From positions 448,001-512,000 of the forward strand of contig JBEPYO010000001.1 in NCBI GenBank assembly GCA_041641295.1: a DNA stretch of 64,000 bases. The letters run 5' to 3'. This document shows positions 18,587 through 27,572 of the stretch, one piece after another. The DNA comes from Nitrososphaerota archaeon. Its GTDB lineage: Archaea; Thermoproteota; Nitrososphaeria_A; Caldarchaeales; Calditenuaceae. The translations under genes were made by a program, and so were the position numbers. The notes under the pieces were generated by a model. It saw only the letters and a program-made list of their open reading frames with translations, ran no database searches and was not told where the DNA came from. Position 1 is the stretch's first letter; every line of letters starts with the position of its first letter.

Positions 18587-19603
18587 TCAGAACACTAAAA
18601 CCACTTTTCCAATATTTTCTCTCCTCTCGACGATGCCTAGCGCCTCTGATGCCCTTTCGACCGGTAATCGCGTGATTGCTGGTTTGAGGCGGCCAGACCC
18701 CCAAAGCTCCAGAGCCTCTTCCATGTTCCTTCGCGTAGAGCCTACGGCGCCGACCACCATGTTTTCTCTAAGTATCATGTAGCCTAGAGGTACCTTTACA
18801 TTACCGACTGAGACGTTTCCAATCACGACTACGCGGCCTCCCCACGCCGTCGATCTTAGCGACTGCTCAAATGTTGGGGTGCCCACACACTCTAAAACAA
18901 CGTCGACACCCTCGCCCCCCGTTATCTCTCTTACCCTCGCGGAGAGCTGCTCAACACCTATTATGACGTGGTCTGCCCCGGCCTTCTTGATACTCTCTGC
19001 CTTGGAGCTGCTTGAGGTGTTGGCGACCACCTTGCACCCCAGTAGCTTGGATATCATGACCGCGTGGATTCCGACCCCGCCCCCAGCACCTGTAACTAGT
19101 ACCGTCTCACCTGCCCTAACCTTCGCTTGGTCTCTTAACGCATGAATTATCATTCCCAAGACACAGCCGGTTATTGAGGCATCTGCTAAGTCGACCGTGT
19201 CTGGAACCTTAACCAAGTCTCTCGCATTTACTACTATGTACTCGGCCCAAGAGCCGTCCCTCTCCTCACCTAGCTGGAGCCTGTTTCTGCATAGATTCTC
19301 CCTCCCCTCCAGACAGTATCTGCATCTGCCGCATGTGGTGTGTGGTAGGCCAGCCACCCTATCACCAACCTCCAAGCCCTCTACACCCTCACCCAGCTCG
19401 ACGACAACCCCTGAAAACTCGTGCCCCATCACGACTGGACGCTTGGCCCTCGGCATCATCCCCCGCTGATTGAGGAGGTCGCGGTAACAGACACCCGCAG
19501 CCTCCACCTTGACCACGACCTCGCCTCGCCCCGGACGCGAAGGCTCCTGCACACTGGCAATCAGTAGATTGGACTCCTCCTGTCTAAGGATTACAGCCTT
19601 CAA
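18587..19603 (-). CDS. Zn-dependent MDR alcohol dehydrogenase, similar to Sulfolobales acryloyl-CoA reductase
   Basis: CYRDL, GHE, CGRCRYC...C, TGAGGGVGIHA. Confidence 0.8.
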   Translation of the reverse strand: MKAVILRQEESNLLIASVQEPSRPGRGEVVVKVEAAGVCYRDLLNQRGMMPRAKRPVVMGHEFSGVVVELGEGVEGLEVGDRVAGLPHTTCGRCRYCLEGRENLCRNRLQLGEERDGSWAEYIVVNARDLVKVPDTVDLADASITGCVLGMIIHALRDQAKVRAGETVLVTGAGGGVGIHAVMISKLLGCKVVANTSSSSKAESIKKAGADHVIIGVEQLSARVREITGGEGVDVVLECVGTPTFEQSLRSTAWGGRVVVIGNVSVGNVKVPLGYMILRENMVVGAVGSTRRNMEEALELWGSGRLKPAITRLPVERASEALGIVERRENIGKVVLVF

Positions 19604-19649
19604 ACCTCACCAACAATATGAAAATAGTTAGTCGGCGGCATATTCTGTC

Positions 19650-21755
19650 CTACTTCCTTGCCTTGAGGTAAACCACCATGCTCTTGTAATCACCCCTAAT
19701 TCCGAGGTCTAAGCCATAGCTCATAAGGTATGAACCGCTGAACACTTGGCCGCTACCGTCAAGCTCGTAGGCAAGATCTGGGTCCAGTCCGCGGAGCCGT
19801 ATATTCGGCATTCGCTTTCCAAACCCTTGCTGTAGAGTGAAGGCGAAAAGTAACGACTCTGTCTTCTCAGGTGTAACATACTGGAAGGCGGCGAACTCTC
19901 CGGTCCTCGGACTCTTAAGCCTGTAGAGGTCTCCATCCTGCACAATATGCCTAACCTTCTTATAGAAGTCTATATGCATCTTAACCTCTTCAATCTCATT
20001 CTTACTTAGCTCTAGTAGGTTGACGCTGATACCTAGGGCTCCCATCATCGCAGAGTGGAACCTGAACTCGAGTGAGAGGAACCTGTTGGTAAGGAAGTTC
20101 GGAACACCTGTCACCCACGCCCCCATGGTCTTCGGACAATAAGCCATCGTGAACCCCTCTTGTATGAATAGCCTGTCAAGGGCGTCGGTGTTATCGCTTG
20201 TCCAGAACTGGTCAAACCGCTCCATTGCCCCAAGATCGACTCTACCACCTCCACCGGAGCAGCCTTCAAAGATCACGTTCGGATGCCTCCTCCTGAGCTC
20301 CTCAAGAATCTCGTATACTGCTTGGACATGCCTAACCCAGATCTCCCTCTGCCTCTCGCGAGGAGCGTCCGGCCAGCCAGGCTCGCTAAAGCTCCTATTC
20401 ATATCCCACTTGACGAATCCAATATCATTCTCCGTTAGCAATCTATCGAGCCATCCAAAAACATACTCTCTCACATCCTCTTTACACAGATTTAGGACAA
20501 GCTGATTTCTCATCTCACTTCTCGGCCTTCCAAGGAAGTGATACACCCAATCTGGGTGAAGCCTGTATAGGTCACTGTTGGGGTTTACCATCTCGGGCTC
20601 AACCCAGATTCCGAAGATCATACCCTTAGACTTGACATGCTCAATCACTGGGCCAAGCCCGCGGGGAAACTTCTTAGGGTCTGGAACCCAGTCTCCGAGC
20701 CCCGCCCTGTCATCATTTCGACCCTTAAACCAGCCATCATCAACCACGAAGACCTCTACGCCGATCTCCGCTGCAAGGTCGGCCAGCCTTTTCAGGTTCT
20801 CCTCGTTGACATTGAAATACAGTGTCTCCCAAGTGTTGTAGACTACTGGGCGCGGCTTCTTGGCATTGTTTCGCGGCAGGACTACATCTCTCTCGAAACG
20901 GTGGAGGGACCTGCTCAGCGCTCCGAAACCACCTTCACTGTGTGTCAGGACCATTTTAGGGGTCTTGAAGGTCTCTCCCGGCCCCAAATAGAGGCTGAAG
21001 TCGAAGTCGTTTACACCCATCGAGACTCTGAGCTGGTCATGCCCCACATATTCCGAGACACACTTCCAGTTACCACTCCAAGCCAGCAGACAGCCCCACA
21101 CCTCACCCTCCTCCTCACCCGCATCACCCGCATCAAAGAACACAGCGGGGTTAAGCTGGTGACTGGTTACACCACGCCTACTCTCCAAGACCTTCTTGCC
21201 AGCCCTAAGCTCCTCCTGAACAATCTTCGTCTCACCAGCCCAGTGGCCCGCCAGAAAAGTCATACGCCAGCTGCTTCTCCGCGGAAGCGAGACAGCCCCA
21301 GAGAGGACCTCCTCGAGGATGACGGGCCCAGGCCCCGCGTTGCGGATCTCAGCCCACCTCACAACCAAATTGTACTGGGGGTATGCGCGATAGTGAAGGT
21401 CAACCAGGAGATTGTATCCAATATCTTTGAGCGTTATTGAGAGTCCATTCTCATCGATCAGTCTGTGACCTTCGTATTTTAGGACACAGTCCCTCACCCC
21501 TCCCGGAAGCTCAGCCTTGAGACACGGCTCCATGAACCTGAGACCTCCAAATGTGCTATACTCCTCGCGCAACAGGTGCAGCCCAGGCTCAAAGGGGAAG
21601 TGGCCCCCCAGCTGGATTGACTCTCCAAACTCCGCACGACCACCAAAATGCACGTTAATAAGCGACCCGTCATCAGCCACCTTCAAGACATAGTGGAGCT
21701 CCCCAGCACTAATCGACCACAGCCTCTCTGAAGGAAGAAAACTGACAGGCGCCAC
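19650..21755 (-). CDS. Alpha-galactosidase, glycoside hydrolase family 36
   Basis: FVVDDGWF, WVEPEMVN, KWDMNR (nucleophile), CSGGGGR, WTSDNTD (acid/base). Confidence 0.92.
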   Translation of the reverse strand: MAPVSFLPSERLWSISAGELHYVLKVADDGSLINVHFGGRAEFGESIQLGGHFPFEPGLHLLREEYSTFGGLRFMEPCLKAELPGGVRDCVLKYEGHRLIDENGLSITLKDIGYNLLVDLHYRAYPQYNLVVRWAEIRNAGPGPVILEEVLSGAVSLPRRSSWRMTFLAGHWAGETKIVQEELRAGKKVLESRRGVTSHQLNPAVFFDAGDAGEEEGEVWGCLLAWSGNWKCVSEYVGHDQLRVSMGVNDFDFSLYLGPGETFKTPKMVLTHSEGGFGALSRSLHRFERDVVLPRNNAKKPRPVVYNTWETLYFNVNEENLKRLADLAAEIGVEVFVVDDGWFKGRNDDRAGLGDWVPDPKKFPRGLGPVIEHVKSKGMIFGIWVEPEMVNPNSDLYRLHPDWVYHFLGRPRSEMRNQLVLNLCKEDVREYVFGWLDRLLTENDIGFVKWDMNRSFSEPGWPDAPRERQREIWVRHVQAVYEILEELRRRHPNVIFEGCSGGGGRVDLGAMERFDQFWTSDNTDALDRLFIQEGFTMAYCPKTMGAWVTGVPNFLTNRFLSLEFRFHSAMMGALGISVNLLELSKNEIEEVKMHIDFYKKVRHIVQDGDLYRLKSPRTGEFAAFQYVTPEKTESLLFAFTLQQGFGKRMPNIRLRGLDPDLAYELDGSGQVFSGSYLMSYGLDLGIRGDYKSMVVYLKARK

Positions 21756-21964
21756 GAATAGGCACTAGTCCACGGTGGCATATTTTCCTTTCCAGCACAG
21801 CACACTGCACGCCTAACGCTCTTCTCACGATAATCCAGCCTCCAAGACGACAACGCCACCGCTCAGATACTGCCAAACCCCCTGTAAAATCGCCTTCACA
21901 GCCTCTAAATGGGGAATGCCCCGCAAAAGCCAGTCCACCCATTAAATCGGCCCTAAGGCCCGGT

Positions 21965-21977
21965 GAAACTTAAAAAC
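21965..21977 (+). promoter_or_regulatory. BRE/TATA promoter of tRNA-Asp
   Basis: GAAACTTAAAAAC about 35 nt upstream of the tRNA. Confidence 0.5.
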
Positions 21978-22010
21978 AACCACATAATAACATAGCAACG
22001 GAGGCAAAAA

Positions 22011-22085
22011 GCCTGGGTAGTATAGCCAGGTCTAGTATCGGCGGCTGTCGCCCGCCGGACCCGGGTTCAAATCCCGGCCCAGGCG
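22011..22085 (+). tRNA. tRNA-Asp(GTC), no intron, CCA not encoded
   Basis: Acceptor stem GCCTGGG/CCCAGGC; anticodon stem GGCGG/CCGCC with GTC at 22047-22049; T arm CCGGGTTCAAATCCCGG. Confidence 0.96.
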
Positions 22086-22299
22086 CCTTATATTATCTCG
22101 CCACGTATTCGCATTGACGTGTAAGTGTAGTGAGGTTGAGTGTTGAAGAGAGATTTGTTGTGTGTTCTTCACACTATATTCTACGTTGGGGCTTTCCTCC
22201 TCCATTCTCTAATGGTTGTGGGGGTCTTTGATCTTACCGCTATTCGAAATATTACCACGAAACTCGAGGTAAGACTGCGGGCTTAAATATTAGGGAGGG

Positions 22300-22704
22300 G
22301 TGATGGGGTTGGGGCTTATGTCTGTGGTGAAGGGCTCGTCTTCTGTTCCTGAGGAGCCTGTGGATAACGCGGTGGATACTTTTATCCAGTGGCTTATTGA
22401 TAGGCGTGATGGCGCGCCCAATTTTGAGCTGAGAAAGTTCAGGATTAAGCGGGGTGGAATGATTCCCCCTCACATGCACCCGGATATTGAGCATATCCAG
22501 TACGTGCTGAGGGGGAGGTATAGGGTCAAGCTGGGTGATAGGGAGGTCGTCGTGAGTAGGGGAGATGCAATACTGATACCCGCGGGGACAGTGCACGCAT
22601 ACTACAACGACGGCGAAGAGGATGCCGAGTTCCTATGCATCATCCCGAGAAAAAGCGAGTACAAGACAGTATGGGTGGATGAACAACCTCCGAGGAGCTG
22701 CTAA
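22300..22704 (+). CDS. Cupin domain protein
   Basis: PPHMHPDIEH and IPAGTVHAY metal motifs; start may be ATG 22318. Confidence 0.85.
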   Translation: MMGLGLMSVVKGSSSVPEEPVDNAVDTFIQWLIDRRDGAPNFELRKFRIKRGGMIPPHMHPDIEHIQYVLRGRYRVKLGDREVVVSRGDAILIPAGTVHAYYNDGEEDAEFLCIIPRKSEYKTVWVDEQPPRSC

Positions 22705-22774
22705 CTGTGCAGATAAAAACGATGCATGGTGGAGATGCGATAGAATTAAATAAAAGTGCACTATTAAATCGTCC

Positions 22775-23656
22775 GTGCCCAAGTTTGAAGTTGATACAAA
22801 ATATATTCACGGAATGCTGGATCCCAAGTATATAGGTAAACCCGAAGAAGTACTCATAAAACCAATTCTCAAATTATTCGGCGAAGAGGTAGAGGTTTAT
22901 GACTTATCCCATCCATTCGGCCCCGGTGTTCCTCTCTGGCCATACTTCCCAGACATAAGGGTTGAAAGAATGCACTACCACGCTAAATCACGTGTCCTGT
23001 CCCAAGTGATAACTACAGTGATGCATGTCTCTACCCACGCAGACGCGCCAGTACATGTTGAAGAAGGATTTCCCTCCATAGACCAAGTGCCTATTGAAAG
23101 ATACATGGGTGATGGAGTGGTCGTATCTATTCCTAAAGGAAAGTGGGATGTAATAACAGCTGAAGATTTAGAAAAAGCCGATCCACCTATTGAGCGGGGC
23201 GACATAGTTATCGTAAACACGGGCTGGCATAAGTATTGGGGAGATACAGTGAAATACTTCTGTTATGCCCCTGGTTTCTATAAAGAGGCAGGCGAGTGGT
23301 TCGTAAAGAAAGGGGTGAAGGCGGTCGGCATAGATACACAAGCCTTAGACCACCCCCTGGGGACGAGAGAAGTCTGGTACCAAGATGGGGGAGACGAAAG
23401 AAACGTCGTAGTACCATGGCTGGCTGATGAATATAAAAAAGAGACTGGAAGAGATGTCCGTGAAGACTTTCCATACTGGGAGCCATGCCACAGACTGTTG
23501 CTGACACATGGGATCGTCGGCTGGGAAAACGTTGGCGGAGACATAGACAAAGTAACGGGCAAACGATGCTTCATAATAGGGTTACCGATAAGATGGGTTG
23601 GCGGAGACGCATCAATAGTTAGGCTAGTTGCAATAGTCAAAAAATCCAAAGCGTGA
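22775..23656 (+). CDS. Cyclase/kynurenine formamidase family metallohydrolase; candidate dihydrophloroglucinol cyclohydrolase
   Basis: MHVSTHADAP (HxxTHxDAP), IVNTGWH, GIDTQALDHP, ENVGGDID; adjacent to the SDR and cupin. Confidence 0.8.
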   Translation: MPKFEVDTKYIHGMLDPKYIGKPEEVLIKPILKLFGEEVEVYDLSHPFGPGVPLWPYFPDIRVERMHYHAKSRVLSQVITTVMHVSTHADAPVHVEEGFPSIDQVPIERYMGDGVVVSIPKGKWDVITAEDLEKADPPIERGDIVIVNTGWHKYWGDTVKYFCYAPGFYKEAGEWFVKKGVKAVGIDTQALDHPLGTREVWYQDGGDERNVVVPWLADEYKKETGRDVREDFPYWEPCHRLLLTHGIVGWENVGGDIDKVTGKRCFIIGLPIRWVGGDASIVRLVAIVKKSKA

Positions 23657-23661
23657 TAATA

Positions 23662-24498
23662 TTACGTCCAGCTAGTCACTCCACCGTCAATGTATAGTAT
23701 CTGGCCAGTGACAAAATTTGACGCATCAGAAGCAAAATAAACGATAGCCCCTATCAAATCGTCTGGCACCCCCCACCTACCCAGCAATATTCTTGACAAC
23801 ATACTCTTTGAAAGCTCTGGATCTCTCATAATGTGAGACGTTAATGGAGTGGCTATGACTGTCGGGGCTATAGCATTGACTTGGATATTGAACTTCGCCC
23901 ACTCACAGGCAAGCTGCTTGGTAAGCATGTTGACGGCACCCTTGCTGGTACAATATGCCACATAATTTCTTGGAAGACCAAAAGCTCCTCTAACGGAGGA
24001 GACATTAATTATTTTACCCTGTCTCTGCCGTATCATTACTTTTCCCACTTCTCGGCATGATAGGAACACTCCTGTAACGTTTACATCCATTACAGTCTTC
24101 CAATCCTCGAGAGGATATTCTTCGGCTGGCCTTAGAATATTAATTCCAGCATAATTGACGAGAATATTTATCTTTCCAAAATTATCGACAGCCTCCTTAA
24201 CCATGTTCTTAACATCGTCAGGCTTAGTTACGTCGCATGGTACGGGGAGACATTTTCTCCCCAGCTGCTCGACCTCTTTTCTCACACGCTCCAGTTTATC
24301 CATATTCCGCCCTACTACCACTATGTCCGCCCCAAAGTCGGCCAGTCCCAAAGCTGTTGGCCTACCTAGACCTCCCCCGCCTCCAGTTATCACAGCAACT
24401 CGCCCTGAAAGATCGAAGAGCTTACGGTAGCCCATAGATCCGCTTTTTATCCTCTCGTCCAGCGATTTCTGGTACTCATCTAGATAGGAGTCGCTCAT
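23662..24498 (-). CDS. Short-chain dehydrogenase/reductase; candidate phloroglucinol reductase
   Basis: TGGGGGLG, VGRN (basic residue suggests NADP preference), SSVRG, YCTSK, VNAIAPTV, DGG. Confidence 0.8.
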   Translation of the reverse strand: MSDSYLDEYQKSLDERIKSGSMGYRKLFDLSGRVAVITGGGGGLGRPTALGLADFGADIVVVGRNMDKLERVRKEVEQLGRKCLPVPCDVTKPDDVKNMVKEAVDNFGKINILVNYAGINILRPAEEYPLEDWKTVMDVNVTGVFLSCREVGKVMIRQRQGKIINVSSVRGAFGLPRNYVAYCTSKGAVNMLTKQLACEWAKFNIQVNAIAPTVIATPLTSHIMRDPELSKSMLSRILLGRWGVPDDLIGAIVYFASDASNFVTGQILYIDGGVTSWT

Positions 24499-24505
24499 CT
24501 ATTCA

Positions 24506-24856
24506 TCATCCCTTCTTCTCAGGGTATGCGCTGATAACCAACATAGTAGCAGGCAAGTTAGTCTTATTGATGATTGCTCGCTTCTCGCCAGCCTCTATGT
24601 AAAGCGAATCGAAGGGTTCCAACACTATTTCCTTACCATCCTCCGTAATGATGGTAAGCTTGCCTGAGAGCATGACGTATACTTTATCAGAATCATTCAC
24701 CGAAGATTCAGCACCTCCGCCGGGCAAATAGTGAGACAAGCCGACCCAAAACGACTTCGTGCCAGTAGTGTCTCTGTGATGGAGTCTCAGAGCCACCATG
24801 TTAAAGTGTTTAGGCGGGTCGTAGGGTTTTGCCTCTTCCAACTTGACGAGCTTCAT
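24506..24856 (-). CDS. Cupin domain protein lacking the His metal ligands
   Basis: FWVGLSHYLPGGGAE, KVYVMLSG; start ATG 24856 or TTG 24880. Confidence 0.75.
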   Translation of the reverse strand: MKLVKLEEAKPYDPPKHFNMVALRLHHRDTTGTKSFWVGLSHYLPGGGAESSVNDSDKVYVMLSGKLTIITEDGKEIVLEPFDSLYIEAGEKRAIINKTNLPATMLVISAYPEKKG

Positions 24857-25133
24857 TTTTGATCGTAGATTTTCACGCAATACCCAATATTTGAAGTTTT
24901 ACGAAGTTCATTTAAAGCCTAGAACTAACTTTCACTACTGCAGAACACGTATACACATTACCACTATATAGGCCCAGTCGGCCTTGCAGCTCAATCTTAG
25001 CCATAAAACCATCACCAACAGATCCTCCTGGGCACGAGAATGAAGGTGCGTTTCCGATCAAAGCATCTCTTCCCAACGAGTATAGGATACTCTACAAAAA
25101 CCCCTTGAAAAATTTAACAAATCTGGTCAACAA

Positions 25134-26120
25134 CTAGCTGGAACTATTGGAATCATTAGCTAAGAAATAATTTGATAGATCTTCGGCCCGTTGCAGCTTC
25201 AAGATTTCAAGAAGAGCTTTGTTTCTTCTCTTTACTATTTCGCTTATAGCAACCTGCTGATACGCATAAAAACCTCTACCGCTCTTAACTCCAAGTAGTC
25301 CATTTGCAACATATCTCGCAAGTCTTGCTGAAGGGGTAAACCTTTCCCCCAACCTTTGAGCGAGATACTCTAGCGCCTGCAAGAAAACGTCGAGTCCCCC
25401 CAGATCAGCGATCTGAAAGGGACCCAGCATGGGATACCTTAAACCCACTGTAAGTCTAACTACTTTATCTATATCCGAGGGAGAGGCAAGATTTTCATCC
25501 AACATTCTCATAGCTTCTGCGAACAATGCTGCCTGCAGACGAACACCAATACCACCAGGTGAGTCCTTACACACCACCACCTCTTTTCCTAGCTTTTTAG
25601 TAAATAGATCTACAACTTTTTTTATGATGTCCTCGTTATAATCTGTCTTTATTATTTCAACCAAGGGCATTAGGTATGGAGGGTTCCACCAATGCGTTCC
25701 CACAACCCTCTCTTTGTGTCTTACTTCCTTCGCAATCTCCGAAATCTTAAACGACGAGGTATTCGTAGCTAGAATAACATCTTTTCCACAAAAATCGTCA
25801 AGCTCCTTGAATAGCCTAATTTTTAACTCAAGTACCTCCGGCGCTGCCTCAGTTACAATTTCGACACTCCCTCTAACAGCACTCTGTAGGGAAGTGGTTG
25901 TCGATACTCTTTCTAAAAAATCGTTGCTACTCCCATGCTTTAGAGCACCAAATAAGGAGGGGTCCTCCAAAATGTTTTTAATGTTTTTTACACTTTTTTT
26001 AAGGATTTCTTCATCAACATCAACCAGTGTAACTTCGTATCCCGCTGTCAAGTAAACTACTGCTATACCAGTTCCCATTAAACCAGAGCCTATTATTACT
26101 GTCTTCGGCGCAGAACTCAT
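25134..26120 (-). CDS. 3-Hydroxyacyl-CoA dehydrogenase family protein; candidate 3-hydroxy-5-oxohexanoate dehydrogenase
   Basis: GSGLMGTG, EAAPE, TNTSS, HWWNPP, DLGGLD, GVKSGRGFY. Confidence 0.85.
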   Translation of the reverse strand: MSSAPKTVIIGSGLMGTGIAVVYLTAGYEVTLVDVDEEILKKSVKNIKNILEDPSLFGALKHGSSNDFLERVSTTTSLQSAVRGSVEIVTEAAPEVLELKIRLFKELDDFCGKDVILATNTSSFKISEIAKEVRHKERVVGTHWWNPPYLMPLVEIIKTDYNEDIIKKVVDLFTKKLGKEVVVCKDSPGGIGVRLQAALFAEAMRMLDENLASPSDIDKVVRLTVGLRYPMLGPFQIADLGGLDVFLQALEYLAQRLGERFTPSARLARYVANGLLGVKSGRGFYAYQQVAISEIVKRRNKALLEILKLQRAEDLSNYFLANDSNSSS

Positions 26121-26142
26121 TTTCTTTCCCGCACACCATTAA

Positions 26143-27351
26143 TCATTTGAGTTTCTTCACAATATTTAGAAATTCCTCGTCTGTAAGCGCTCGTCTTAGC
26201 CTTATAGCTTCCTCCTTAACAAGATCAACTAGCTTGGCTATCTCCGACTCTGACAATTTAATGTTGAACTCCTTCAGTTTATACTCTATACTTGTGGCAC
26301 CACTCTTCTTACCGACTACTATCTTGACCGGCGGGCGCCCCACTAATGATGGCAGGTATGGCAACATACCTAGCTGAAGGCCTGCCTCTTCGCACATTTT
26401 CCACATGAATACTACCAAACCTGATTCGAAAGTGAACTGGTTGTCGCCTACCACGGCCTTCGTTGGTGAAGGCTTAAACCGCGTTATTTCCGCCACGAGT
26501 TTTGACACCTCATAGATCTTCTCGAGCTTGATTCCGGTATCTACACCCATTAAGAGTTTCAACGCTAATGCAACCTCCTCTGTAGCAGGGTTGCCCGTCC
26601 TCTCTCCAAGCCCATTTACACAACAGTGTACATACTCAGCACCCGCTTGAATAGCTGCCAGATAGTTCGCAACGCCAAGCCCGAAATCATTATGGGTATG
26701 CCACTCTATTGAGACCCCGCTGCCTACCCATTTTCTGACTTGTCTGACCCTAAGCTTTACTGCATCAGGAAGACACATACCGAACGTATCGGCTATGACC
26801 ACTGAATCACATTTAGCCTCTTTGACAACCTGCGTCACAGCTCTCTCAACAAATGATGGATCGGCCCTGGCAGCATCTACAGCCATGAATGAGACATAGA
26901 GTCCATGTTCCTTTGCATACTCATGGATCTCGATATACTTTTGAATTGCTTCCTCCTCACCCCACTTGAACAATGCTTTGATGCTCTTGGGGTTGATAAG
27001 TGTGTCCGTCACAATCGCTTTTACCTCGGTATCCAAAGCAGCATCTATGTCTTCTTTTTTAGCTCTACAAAGACAAGTTACCTGTGCCCTTAATCCTTGA
27101 CGCACCAATTCCCTTATGGCTTTTTTGTCTTCTTCTGAAACTACGGGCATACCTGCCTCGATGCGTGAGACACCAAGCTCATCCAACGCGATAGCTATTC
27201 GAATCTTATCCTCTTTCGTCAGAGTTACTCCCGGAGTCTGCTCACCATCACGTAAAGTTATATCATGAATATGTACGCGGTCAGGAATGGACCAGTCTCT
27301 TCTTACATCAGGGAGCTCGTTAAGCGGTGTTACCCACCACTTTTCCCCCAT
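26143..27351 (-). CDS. DRE-TIM metallolyase (homocitrate/isopropylmalate synthase-like) without a LeuA regulatory domain
   Basis: DITLRDGEQTPG, HTHNDFG, NGLGERTGN, GKKSG. Confidence 0.82.
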   Translation of the reverse strand: MGEKWWVTPLNELPDVRRDWSIPDRVHIHDITLRDGEQTPGVTLTKEDKIRIAIALDELGVSRIEAGMPVVSEEDKKAIRELVRQGLRAQVTCLCRAKKEDIDAALDTEVKAIVTDTLINPKSIKALFKWGEEEAIQKYIEIHEYAKEHGLYVSFMAVDAARADPSFVERAVTQVVKEAKCDSVVIADTFGMCLPDAVKLRVRQVRKWVGSGVSIEWHTHNDFGLGVANYLAAIQAGAEYVHCCVNGLGERTGNPATEEVALALKLLMGVDTGIKLEKIYEVSKLVAEITRFKPSPTKAVVGDNQFTFESGLVVFMWKMCEEAGLQLGMLPYLPSLVGRPPVKIVVGKKSGATSIEYKLKEFNIKLSESEIAKLVDLVKEEAIRLRRALTDEEFLNIVKKLK

Positions 27352-27572
27352 AGACTACATGCACCTCACCAAACGCCCATAAAGGTGTAAAATAAATGTT
27401 CTTTAAGGAGGAGCCGGCTATGCACTGTTTTTTGATTAAAACCGGTTCACTAGGATGCTAAAAGACCAGCATTATACTTTTGACAAATTAATATACGCCA
27501 ATTGTTGAATTTGTAAGTTACAGTTCACGCCAGCGACCATGGATGTAAACAAATATATGCATTAATGTTTAA

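Noticed and set aside
20637-21440. 267-aa plus-strand ORF and similar long antisense ORFs throughout the window
   Set aside because: They lie opposite well-supported genes and have no recognisable motifs
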